Shown piece after piece: positions 1-9,604 of a DNA stretch of 64,000 nucleotides. This DNA is from an uncultured Methanomicrobiales archaeon. Lineage in GTDB: Archaea; Halobacteriota; Methanomicrobia; Methanomicrobiales; Methanospirillaceae. A program made the position numbers and the translations under genes. The stretch is taken from assembly GCA_963758915.1 (NCBI GenBank), contig CAVWXH010000016.1:381789-445788 (forward strand), read 5' to 3'. Positions within the stretch are counted from its first letter, which is position 1. Each line of letters starts with the position of its first letter. The notes beneath the pieces are model-generated. The model had not been told where the DNA came from. It worked only from the letters and a program-made list of their open reading frames with translations, and did no database searches.

Positions 1-44
1 TTACCATGCTGTCCCTCTGATAGTCACTATGTCCGAAATCTCTG

Positions 45-593
45 TTACCATGGGACCTCCTTCACGCCTGCCAGGTACCCGATGATATTGGTTGCCCGGT
101 GGAGCAGGGGGGTAATAATCAGAATTATTATCACAATCGGCACCGTCATGACGCTGAAAAACCATTGTGGATCGAACACCGCTGTAAGCAGGAAAGCTCC
201 TGCAACGAGGTCATACTGGTCTGCCACCGGCCAGGGGTCTCCCGACTTTTTACCGAGACGGCGCTTGAAAAAACTCTTTCCAAGGTCCCCAAGGAGTGCC
301 CCTGTTGCAAGGAGGAAAACTGACAGCATTGTGAGGACTGGGAAAAAATCCCAGTTGAAATATGACGCAAGTGAAATCTGGACTACCCCGACAATGACCC
401 CGCATGCAATCCCGAGGATCAGACCTCTCCATGTCTTACCGCTCCCGAAGAGCCTCCTGCCGTCGTTAAAATTTCTCCCCCCGTCAATGGGTGCGCCCCC
501 TCCGAATGCAGCTGCCGAGGAGTTTGGGATATACGCTGGCAGCATAATCCAAAGAGCTGATACCAATGCAATTATTACTGTTTCGATACTAAT
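45..593 (-). CDS. carS: CDP-archaeol synthase (DUF46)
   Basis: Motifs LPAYIPNSSAA, PIDGGR..DGRRLFGSGKTWRG, GALLGDLGKSFFKRRLG, DQYD, LHRATN..KEVPW. The track start at 782 overlaps tes. The start is uncertain: ATT at 593 behind a GGGGTG SD, or ATG at 545. Confidence 0.92.
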   Translation of the reverse strand: MSIETVIIALVSALWIMLPAYIPNSSAAAFGGGAPIDGGRNFNDGRRLFGSGKTWRGLILGIACGVIVGVVQISLASYFNWDFFPVLTMLSVFLLATGALLGDLGKSFFKRRLGKKSGDPWPVADQYDLVAGAFLLTAVFDPQWFFSVMTVPIVIIILIITPLLHRATNIIGYLAGVKEVPW

Positions 594-689
594 AACTGGA
601 GCACCCCAATACCTAAAATAAAGAGCAGATATAAACATTAAGGTATCTAAGGGAGAAATTCCAGTAAAGGATACAACGGTTGGAGTATT

Positions 690-2154
690 ATGCTGATCAA
701 AAAGACGAAGAGCCTGTGCCCTGTCTGCAATGCCGTGATTGAAGCGGATATTGTGGAGGAGGATGGTGGGGTATGGATACACCGTTCATGTCAGGAGCAT
801 GGATCATTTCGTGATCTCTACTGGTCTGACGTGGATATGTACCGCAGGTTCGATACCTATGAGAATATCGGATCGGGAGTCGAAAATCCGCAGCGCGAGG
901 GCTCGGAAGAGACCTGCCCTTCCAATTGCGGACTTTGCAGCAACCACAAGTCCGCCACCCTTCTCGCAAATATTGACCTCACAAACCGTTGCAATTTAAA
1001 CTGTGACTTCTGTTTCGCAAACGCCCGCGCCTGTGGATATATTTACGAGCCCTCTTTTGACCAGATTGTTGAAATGCTCAAACTTCTGAGGGATGAAAAA
1101 CCAGTCCCGGCCCCTGCAGTGCAGTTCTCAGGTGGCGAACCAACCATGCGCGAAGACCTGACGAGGATTATCAGGAAGGCGAAAGAACTCGGGTTTCCTC
1201 AGGTTCAGGTAGCCTCAAATGGCATAAAACTGGCAAAAGATATTAACTTTGTCCAGGAACTGAAAGATGCGGGTCTTTCTACCGTTTATCTCCATTTTGA
1301 TGGTGTTACCAGGGATACAAACCCGAACCTGGCAATCGATGAAAAAGCAATTGCAAACTGCCAGAAAATCGGCCTTGGCATCGTCCTGGTCCCCACAATA
1401 ATCCGGGGAAGGAATGACCACCAGATAGGGGACATCATCCGGTATGCAGCCGATCATATTTCAGTTGTCCGCGGTATAAATTTCCAGCCGATTGCATTTA
1501 CCGGTGCAGCAAGCCAGGATGATGTTATCAGAGAGAGGGTCACGGTACCAGACATATCTGCAGCTGTTGAGGAACAGACGAGCGGTGTAATCAGGAAATC
1601 AGATTTTTACCCGATTCCCTGTGTGTTACCAATATCAGATCTCTTTGAAGCCTATGGAGGAAAACCCCAGATACAGTTCACTGCCCACCAGCATTGCGGG
1701 GCCGCCACCTATGTATTTGTAACAGAAGATGGTCTCGTCCCTATTAACCGGATGATCGATGTTGACAGTTTCTTTGACATCTGTTGATGCAATGGCAGAA
1801 AAACTGAAAAAAGGAGGGTCACTGAATAAGTACAAGACCCTGATTGAGGGGATCAAGGCGCTCCATGACTCTGTGAAGAAAGGTGAACAGGGAAGTGCAA
1901 TAGATTTCTGGAAACTTATCGGAAAAGCACTCCTGCTGCAGAATTTTGATGCGTTAAGGGAATTTCACTGGAATGCACTCTTTATAGGCACCATGCATTT
2001 CATGGACCGTTATAACTATGACCTCTGCCGCGTCCAGCGGTGCTGTATCCACTATGCAACCCCCGATGGGACACTCATACCGTTTTGCACCTATAACTCC
2101 GGCCCGGTATACCGGGAACAGGTCTGGCAGAGATGGAAGCAACCGGATGAATAA
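690..2154 (+). CDS. tes: Tetraether lipid synthase (GDGT-MAS, radical SAM); one frameshift near 1775
   Basis: N-terminal CPVC...C..H metal site, CPSNCGLC auxiliary cluster, CNLNCDFC radical SAM motif, FSGGEP, C-terminal CCIHYATPDG..IPFC. ORFs 690..1787 and 1759..2154 join if one base is removed. Confidence 0.9.
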
Positions 2155-2663
2155 ACGGGCAGTATTCCCTGTGGATAACGGGAAATACAAGTAATTTTAA
2201 TCATAAAAATACTCCTGATTTTGATAAACAAGACCTGTGAACGTAGTGTTCATCAGTGTTTTTTTAAGACCTCAATATTGACAGCTGTAATGGTAACAAT
2301 GTGAAATATCCCCCCATATGCAGCACCTTTGGATACCGGGTTTATCTTCTGGCCGGTTGTGCAGCGTGCTGCAAGGGGAATGGTGATACTACAAGGTTGT
2401 TACTGTTGACTGCTATGAGAATTCGTTTCATGGGTACCTGGACGCAATTTCCTGTATTACAATTACGGGAGCGATGGAACTTTACTGGTAAGGGATTGAA
2501 GACAGGAGTTCCGCTAGGAGTCTCATTCCTCCTGCACCTGCCGGTGAACAGGAGAATGTTTTCGTATGGGATTGTATATCTGCGGGGGACAGAACGGTTA
2601 TTCCCGTAGAGTCCCCATGTTTTTTTTGGATTATCGGGTCAAAATCGGAGCAATAAGTTTTTC

Positions 2664-3600
2664 TTATGGAAATTCTAGTTCCAGATATGCCCCGCTCTTC
2701 ATGGCTAGTGCAGCGATGGCAAGGTCCTGTATTGCAAGACCAGTTGAGTCAAAAACTGTAATCTGCTCACTACGAGTCCTTTTTTTCCGGCCAAGCACCA
2801 CTTCTCCGAGCGTTCCTGAAATCTCCTCCTGAGTGAATATCCCCTCCCGAATCGGGACATTAATCTCTCCGGAGTGGATGGCCTGTACCGGGTCATCAAC
2901 GATTACCATTGACCTTTTAATAATAGCCGGGTCCAGTTCCTCTTTCCCGGGTGCATCAGCCCCGATTGCATTGATATGTGTCCCGTCATGGATCCATTCA
3001 TCCATTACGAGAGGGCTTCGTGACGGGGTCGTGGTGACAATCACATCGCTATCGCAGACAAAGGGTAAGTTTGCCGGTCCTGCAGTCAAAGCGGGAGAAT
3101 TGTTTTGCAAATTTTTCAGCAGACTCTTCTTTCCGGCTCCATACACGGACTCCTGTTACTTCTGTTTCTCGTGATATCGCCTCGAGCTGTGCTGCTGCCT
3201 GGCGTCCTGTCCCGACCAGGCCTAAGGTCACCGATCTTTTCTGCGCGAGATACCTTGTTGCGATGGCACCAGCAGCACCGGTCCTCAAATCAGTCAGACC
3301 CGTGGCATTCAGGATAGCAAGAGGCAGTCCGGTCTCAACATCAAGGATTGTGGTCAGTGCCATGACCGTTGGCAGTCCTTTCACGGGGTTCGCAGGGTGG
3401 ACATTAACACATTTTATTCCAGCCAGTTGCTCTGCGGGTAAATATGCCGGCATTGTCCTGAAATCACCGTTTGGGAATGTGATATAGACTTTCGGAGGCA
3501 TCTGTACATTACCTGTCCCATGTTCCCGGAATGCTTCTTCAACGGCGAGATTAACCTCGTGGATATCCAGTCCGCTCTCAGGCCTTGGATAATACTTCAT
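2664..3600 (-). CDS. ala: Archaeal alanine dehydrogenase (ornithine cyclodeaminase/mu-crystallin family); one frameshift near 3075
   Basis: VQMPPKVY, GDFRTMPAY, KCVNVHPAN, LRTGAAG, GTGRQA, INAIGADAPGKEELD, FDSTGLAIQD across ORFs 3049..3600 and 2664..3146. Confidence 0.85.
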
Positions 3601-3908
3601 TGTCCTAATCTGATCTCCAACCGGGATCCCCGGTTTTTTCTGACAAAGAGTGGGTCTGGATAATCAAATACCTTATCGTTCCCCTGAATTTTATTTCTCC
3701 CCTGCAGGGCTCAAAAAAGAACCGTCAACTATAGCAGCGTACAATTATTATATCGATGTAGTATGGCCAATCTGAATCAGAAGAAAGGTTGAACCGTATA
3801 AATCTGACATTTCTATGCACGCGGGTCTATTAAGCCCGGGTACCGCGAATTATTTTTGGTTTCGAATCCGTTGGCCCAGAAGTCCCAGGGGTGTCAGGAC
3901 AGACCGTT

Positions 3909-4171
3909 TCATTGTTCATTCATGATATCTGTGATAACATTTGAATAACCTGACCCGCTGCAGGTCGTACACCTGCAACACCCTGCAATTCCCGTTCCAT
4001 AACAGCATGCACATGGTGTGACCGGTTGGGATACCAGGATAAACCCTTTGCCTTGGCAGGCAGGGCAGGGTATACAACCTATCGTTCCATCTCCCCTGCA
4101 ATAGGCACAACTTTTTCTTGAAATACCAGATATCCACTATAACGAGTAGTACCGCGTTCTGAAATAGCCAT
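3909..4171 (-). CDS. Small DnaJ-type zinc-finger protein (4x CxxCxGxG), frameshifted in an A-run; absent from the ORF track
   Basis: Manual translation gives CAYCRGDG, CPACQGKG, CACCYGTG, CTTCSGSG, stop at 3909-3911. One extra base in the T5 run at 4112-4116 joins this frame to the ATG at 4171 (87 aa). Confidence 0.75.
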
Positions 4172-4484
4172 ACGTTCGTGGCTGGCAGGTCAGGAATGAT
4201 GATTGGTTCAGGATCTGATATTTTGCACAGACCAGGTAAGCATTTAAAGGATTAAATAGGCGGCGTTTTTTTAAAAATATACAAAATTAAGAGTTTACAC
4301 ATCTCTTCTTATCTCAGCCAATCTACCGGAGATTCTATTTCTAAATCATTTCAGGATTGGATATAATCTATCACAATGTTGTGGATCTTGCGTTGTTATT
4401 TAACCGGTGCAACAAAATCAACGTAATTAATAGTTGAAGCCAGCGAAATAATTTCTTAAGAGATATTATGCTGAGGATTATTTC

Positions 4485-5279
4485 ATGATCACCATCGTCC
4501 CCAAACCAACAGATTCTCCTGGTGATAATTCTACATCAATGGTCGCCGAAGAACTCACCAAAGCCGGAGCAACTTACAAATTTATCAATCTTGATTTCAT
4601 TAATCCACTGTCTGCCCCTTTATCAGGGGACCTGATCTGGGTATGCGGGCTCCGGCAGGATGACCACCAGTTTGAAATTATCAATGCACTGTCCGTGGAC
4701 AATCACGTAATCAATTCACCGGAGTCGATATTTACCTGTGCCAGTAAAGTAAAGACGTCCGCACTCCTTCAAAAAAAAGGGATACGGACCCCGGAAACTC
4801 TTTTCACCGCCTCTGTTGAGATTGCCAGGCATTTCATTGAAAAACACGGCAGGGTTGTATACAAACCCGTATACGGGTATGACGGGAACGATATCTGTTT
4901 CATCAAAACGGTAGAGGAACTCGGGAAAGGTCCCTACTATCTCCAGGAATATGTCGCTAATGATTGTGATTACCGGATTTTTGTTATTAACGGAAAGTCG
5001 GTCGGAGCAATTATACGTCGTTCGGATTCACTTGCACACAATATTCACCAGGGGGGCATAGGTATCCCGTGCGAGATAGATACCGACATGGATGAAATGG
5101 CAGGGGAGGCTGCCATGGTTGTCGGGGTGGATTACGGCGGAGTTGACCTCCTCAAAGATGGGGAAGGATATACCGTGCTGGAAGTAAATGGGACTCCGAA
5201 CTGGCACTGCATGAGCACCCCGATACCAAAACTTCTTGCTCAATACCTTATCACGAAGGAACGCCAGTCCCGGTGCTGA
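4485..5279 (+). CDS. RimK-family ATP-grasp alpha-L-glutamate ligase (MptN/CofF-like)
   Basis: VINSPESI..CASK, VYKPVYG, YLQEYV, DYRIFV, NIHQGG, GVDLL, LEVNGTP motifs. Confidence 0.88.
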   Translation: MITIVPKPTDSPGDNSTSMVAEELTKAGATYKFINLDFINPLSAPLSGDLIWVCGLRQDDHQFEIINALSVDNHVINSPESIFTCASKVKTSALLQKKGIRTPETLFTASVEIARHFIEKHGRVVYKPVYGYDGNDICFIKTVEELGKGPYYLQEYVANDCDYRIFVINGKSVGAIIRRSDSLAHNIHQGGIGIPCEIDTDMDEMAGEAAMVVGVDYGGVDLLKDGEGYTVLEVNGTPNWHCMSTPIPKLLAQYLITKERQSRC

Positions 5280-5319
5280 CCCCTGGAAATCTTTTCGAGT
5301 CCGGAATTTGGCAGTGTCC

Positions 5320-5778
5320 GGCATTGTTGAAACACACATGAACTGGAAGTTCACACCCGACCATGAAAATGCCACGTTCAAAATCTCTTCTTATTGCTGG
5401 CCGTTCAGGCATTTAATCTGAAAACCCACACTGGCAAATTCATTTTGTATACTTGTGGACTTTTATCATCATGCCTGGTTTCATGGAAAACCCTCTCAAC
5501 TCATCTGGCAGATTAGGGTATTGCCGCATCTGTTAAAAGACTGGAACAGGCACCCGGAATCCTGATTTTTCTGAAATTTATCTACGTCCCCGTGGCTCTG
5601 CCCCACCGCTCTGGTATCACGGTTGGGATAGGGACTTGACTTGAATCTCTTACTATGCAAATGATTTCAGCAAATCCTGACCTGTGAATATCCTATGGAG
5701 GGTAGGGCAGGGAGAGGGTGAACCCCCCTGGCTATGTATCCCATCTATTGTATACTTATACGGGGATTCAACAGAGCC
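5320..5778 (+). mobile_element. MITE-like repeat, copy A (diverged, with internal insertions)
   Basis: Ends GGCATTGTTGAAA ... TTCAACAGAGCC. Internal GAAGTTCACACCC..CCATGAAAATGCC.CGTTCAAAATCTCTTC matches copy H (52495-52849). Confidence 0.8.
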
Positions 5779-5830
5779 GGATTTTCCCTCTGAATTCCTC
5801 TAACAGTAAAAAAAAGATGATTACCAGGTA

Positions 5831-6115
5831 TTACTGGGTGTATTCCATTTCTTTTAAGGTTTTTTCTGCCAGTTCCTTCATTCTGGCAGATATTCTTCCG
5901 GATGCTGAGAATTCGACGTCCTTCATGGCATTGGCAAGCTCGTTGCCGAGGACAAAAATCGCATATTTATGCTCCATCTTGCTCTTATGTGTCTGGTTTG
6001 GCAGGATTTTCAGGGAATAGTATTGTGAGAACTTAAGGTCCGGGTTGATGCTCTCAAAGTAGTCCTTTATATTAAACAGCATCTGGTGTAACGTAATTAA
6101 TTCCTCTTTGTGCAT
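5831..6115 (-). CDS. UPF0058 family protein
   Basis: MHKEELITLHQ...Y.SLKILP..THKSKMEHKYAIFVLG is the UPF0058 signature. Confidence 0.88.
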   Translation of the reverse strand: MHKEELITLHQMLFNIKDYFESINPDLKFSQYYSLKILPNQTHKSKMEHKYAIFVLGNELANAMKDVEFSASGRISARMKELAEKTLKEMEYTQ

Positions 6116-6180
6116 TTTCTGTATCATCCCCAAGATCAAATGGTAAATTTTATCTTAAATAAGTATGGGGAAAAGGTTAT

Positions 6181-7434
6181 TCAGGCGATTTTTATTAGCC
6201 TGATTGATATTGGGCGCTTTATAATCCCCTTGAATTCACGTGCGGCCACATACTCCACGCCAGCCCCGACCAGGTGGTCGAGTAGGTTCTGGTTCACTTC
6301 ACTGTCAAGGACAACTCCCTTTATGTCACCATTCATCTCATCGAGTGACGTTTCTACATCCCCCATTTTCATTTCACGGAGTATTCCATAGTCATCAGAC
6401 AGGAACCGTGCAATATGATGTCCGCGTACTGCCCTGAGGTGGTCTGTAAGAGTTTTTGAGACACCGTGTTTTTCTGCGGTCCGTGATTTTGGCCGGGACC
6501 CTTCTGATGTATCAGGTTTTCCGGCGGGTTCGGGGGCAGTTGCGTGAATGAGAGGTTTTTCCATGATACCACGTTCCACTTCAACCGGGGCCTCTCCATC
6601 CTCCCCCGTAAAGAACTGGTCACGAACGTATTCCACTGGTACCTTGTTCCTGAGTGCCTTGATGACCTCTTTCCTGGTCATATCCTCAACACTTTTACCA
6701 CGTGGGGAGTGGGCCACATAATCGATATCAGCCACCTGTAAAAGTTCCCTGAGTATCAGTTCTCCACCGCGGTCCCCGTCAAGGAATGCTGTTGACGTTT
6801 TTGTTTCGGTAAGTTCGATAATGGTCCCGTTAACTTTTGTCCCTTCAACAGCTACCGCGTTTTTAATCCCATATTTTAGGAGGTTGATAACGTCCGCGCG
6901 ACCTTCCACAACGATAATCGCATCGGTATCCAGCACGTTCGGTCCTGCCGGGACTTTATCCTCTCCGATTACACTGATTTTTTCAATGCGGATACTTTCC
7001 CGGACATCGTCAAGCAGTTCATAGCTGTCGATTGAAGCATCGTTGAAATAACCGGTGAGCAGTTCTTTCGCTCTTTCAGCTATAACTTTTCGTTTTGCTA
7101 CCCTGATATCCTCGATGCTCGCAACCGTTACATGAGCTACACATGGACCCACCCGGTCGATAGTCTCCAGAGAGGCGGCAAGGATAGCCGTTTCTGCACG
7201 GTCCAGTGAAGAAGAGATCAGGATCTCTCCGTTTGTCTCACCCTTCCTGCTGGTTATCTGTACATCTATTCTCCCGACACGCCCGGTGCGCTGTAAGTCC
7301 CGGAGGTCGAGTTCTTCGCCGAGCAACCCTTCGGTCTGGCCAAAAATAGCCCCGACTACATCAGGTTTCTCGACCACCCCCTCAGCAGTGAGATGGATGT
7401 GAATAAGGTACCTGGTAGTATCAGACGAATACGT
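6181..7434 (-). CDS. dnaG: Archaeal DnaG (Toprim; primase-like/exosome-associated)
   Basis: GVVEKPDVVGAIFGQTEGLLG, TGRVGRI, VVEGRADV, FLDGDRGG. Start placed at ACG 7434 behind a GGGGGTG SD; the track uses TTG 7461. Confidence 0.95.
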   Translation of the reverse strand, partial: TYSSDTTRYLIHIHLTAEGVVEKPDVVGAIFGQTEGLLGEELDLRDLQRTGRVGRIDVQITSRKGETNGEILISSSLDRAETAILAASLETIDRVGPCVAHVTVASIEDIRVAKRKVIAERAKELLTGYFNDASIDSYELLDDVRESIRIEKISVIGEDKVPAGPNVLDTDAIIVVEGRADVINLLKYGIKNAVAVEGTKVNGTIIELTETKTSTAFLDGDRGGELILRELLQVADIDYVAHSPRGKSVEDMTRKEVIKALRNKVPVEYVRDQFFTGEDGEAPVEVERGIMEKPLIHATAPEPAGKPDTSEGSRPKSRTAEKHGVSKTLTDHLRAVRGHHIARFLSDDYGILREMKMGDVETSLDEMNGDIKGVVLDSEVNQNLLDHLVGAGVEYVAAREFKGIIKRPISIRLIKIA

Positions 7435-7659
7435 AATAATGCACCCCCATGTGTCATGCAATACTTCATGCGCGTGATCATAGGTAGTTCCTAGTGGTAT
7501 GCAGGATCACTTAAAATGTATGATATTGTAAAAGGGTATTCCTCATTTGAAAGAATGGTGTGACCGGGTTTCGGAGCGAAATAAATACCCGGTAATCAGG
7601 GCGTATTTTAGAATAATTACCTCATGTATAAACCTTACAGGTTTCAGGGGTCCAGAAAA

Positions 7660-7855
7660 TATATTCACACTCCCATGGGGCTCCACTGCTCCTCTCTGGT
7701 GGGAACGACCGCGATAGAGACGATCCTTTAACAATCAAACTCCTGGTGAACCCGGGTCACCAAATCCAGTTCTGGGAATGGTATGGGGAGTTAAAAAAAA
7801 CTTTCTTTCTCGAGTTTTTCGCTTTTTCTTAAGAACACAAAGATATCAACAGGGC
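7660..7855 (+). repeat. MITE-like repeat, copy B (strongly degenerate; left end undefined)
   Basis: CACTCCCATGGGGCTC...GATAGAGACGATCC resembles CACGCTCCCGGGGCTC...GATAGAGACTAATCC of copy H. Ends TCAACAGGGC. Confidence 0.45.
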
Positions 7856-7894
7856 GGATTGTCCAATAGCTGAGATACGAGAAAAAAAATTTAT

Positions 7895-8250
7895 GACTTT
7901 GTTGAAAGCCTTCGGTGTCATAAAAAGTAAGAGGGAAATACCACGACAGGAGGGGGTTTCAACCCCTCCCTGCCCCACCACCATTAAGGTATTTTTCGGG
8001 CAGGGTTTCCCGAAGACTCATTGAATTCAGATTACTGGGGAATAGTCTCTGTCCCAACCGGGGTCGCCAAAGTGGTGGGTCATGAGCCCCGGGAGCGTGA
8101 CGAAATTTTGGAATTACCAGTCTGCAAGAAAGAATTGAGAGGATTTCCCATGAAAGTGCCAGAACGGTGAGTAATATGAAGAGATTTTGAACGTGGCATT
8201 TTCAATCGTCCGGGTGTGAACTTCACGTTCATGTGTTTTTCTACAGAGCG
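7895..8250 (-). mobile_element. MITE-like repeat, copy C (full length)
   Basis: Ends GACTTTGTTGAAA ... TTTCTACAGAGCG. Colinear reverse complement of copy H over about 355 bp. Confidence 0.9.
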
Positions 8251-8293
8251 GAATTTTTTAAAATGGGGAGAAGTTCTTCGGCTATTGCACTAT

Positions 8294-8827
8294 TCATCCG
8301 GTAAATATCTCCGCAACCTGGTGAGTCCGAAAATCACTCATCGTAATCGGGGTCGTCCTGAATTTCCAAACCTTGTTCGGTTCAAGATAATTTACTTCCG
8401 AGCTGGTGCTCCCGATAATATTACCATCTGCGTCTAATAGTGAAAGGGTTACGACCACCAGATCTATCCGCTCATCACCGATATTTTTTATTGTGCCAAC
8501 AATCATCCGGGCCCCGGTTGGATCTGTTTCCACATGAGTGTCAAGAAGCCGGACCTTATGAGCGGGATTATATTCATACTGAACGAGACCAAAAGGTCGT
8601 TTAGTATATGCCTCTATTGGGACCGGTGTCTCTTCAGGGACGGGATTTGGAACTGCAACGGTTCCCGTTACGGTAACCCCGGGGGTAATCGGGGGAGTGG
8701 GGAAGGTTGTTGGCGGGATTGAAACAGGTGATACCGGGTTCACCTGGGATGTATTCATACACCCCGAAGAGATGAGAAGGGCTGTGAGTATAAGGAAAAA
8801 TGCCGGCATCCAGGTATTGAATTTCAT
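8294..8827 (-). CDS. Lipoprotein with FxLYD-type Ig-like domain
   Basis: Signal peptide with lipobox SSGC, Pro/Thr linker, then IVGTIKN...VTLSLLDADGNIIG...LEPNKVWKF. Confidence 0.8.
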   Translation of the reverse strand: MKFNTWMPAFFLILTALLISSGCMNTSQVNPVSPVSIPPTTFPTPPITPGVTVTGTVAVPNPVPEETPVPIEAYTKRPFGLVQYEYNPAHKVRLLDTHVETDPTGARMIVGTIKNIGDERIDLVVVTLSLLDADGNIIGSTSSEVNYLEPNKVWKFRTTPITMSDFRTHQVAEIFTG

Positions 8828-8935
8828 AAGATTATCATCCTTGTATTGAATATCGACTGGTACTATTTGTTTTCTTTCCGGATTTACAGATCATGACAGG
8901 ATATATCTGGCATGGATATCGGATAACCGGGTGAA

Positions 8936-9256
8936 TTATTCCGGGACAATTTTTTCGAGCTGCAATAGGATTTCATCTTCAAAACGTCCTCGGACCAGGA
9001 CTTTTTTCTGGGAGGAGGTTGTACCCGATACAATGCTCACATCATTTCGTGAAACATGTAACACCCGGGCTATCAACCCGATAATAGCGATATTTGCTTT
9101 TCCTTCGACAGGCTGGGCGGAAACCTGGCAGCCCAAAGACTTTCTCCATGGATTGTAACCTGATGGAAATGAGTCAGATTTACACCCGGTTGAGACCTCG
9201 ATAGTAATAATCGTCCCATTGGTGGAAGTAGTCAGGGCTTCCGATATATCTGCCAT
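8936..9256 (-). CDS. UPF0235/DUF167 (YggU-like) protein
   Basis: GYNPWRK, AQPVEGKANIAI, IVSGTTSSQKKVLV. ATG at 9256 follows GGGTGA. Confidence 0.88.
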   Translation of the reverse strand: MADISEALTTSTNGTIITIEVSTGCKSDSFPSGYNPWRKSLGCQVSAQPVEGKANIAIIGLIARVLHVSRNDVSIVSGTTSSQKKVLVRGRFEDEILLQLEKIVPE

Positions 9257-9390
9257 CAAATACCTATCACCCCATACCCACATAATCTGCCCGGTTATCC
9301 CGGGGTGGGCACAAACCATGCAATGAAAAGTGAATGGGTGAATATATCGTAAAACCAGATTATCCCGATACCAAAAAAACGTTCAATTGG

Positions 9391-9562
9391 ATATGTCGCC
9401 CGACGTTAACAAGTTGGGATCACCAGTGGCATGTCGCCGTTCTTCACCCGCTTTTAACCCTGTCGGGCGGTGCCTGTCGCAAAACCGGGTTGTCCCGAAG
9501 TTCATTTCCAGGCGCTTGCCAGTCGATCACCCGGGGACCTATGGAAGTGCTGTATCGGCACC
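9391..9562 (-). ncRNA. Two-hairpin box H/ACA pseudouridylation guide sRNA
   Basis: Two stem-loops, each with apical K-turn-like GUGA(N)NGA/UGA elements and a downstream ACA (9477-9475, 9396-9394). Pockets are complementary to conserved 23S rRNA sites. TATA-like ATAAATA upstream, T7 run at 9379-9373 downstream. Confidence 0.8.
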
Positions 9563-9604
9563 ATTCACATTTCGTCGTCCCGGTATTTATCCAGTGCCCT
9601 TGTA

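Noticed and set aside
2301-2609. 102-aa ORF with a CAACC motif between tes and ala
   Set aside because: No recognisable family or SD, and the other frames are equally uninformative.
9555-9600. Possible third H/ACA hairpin (GGCACT...GGTGCC-GAT-ACA)
   Set aside because: No upper stem, K-turn or recognisable target, and it overlaps the likely promoter.
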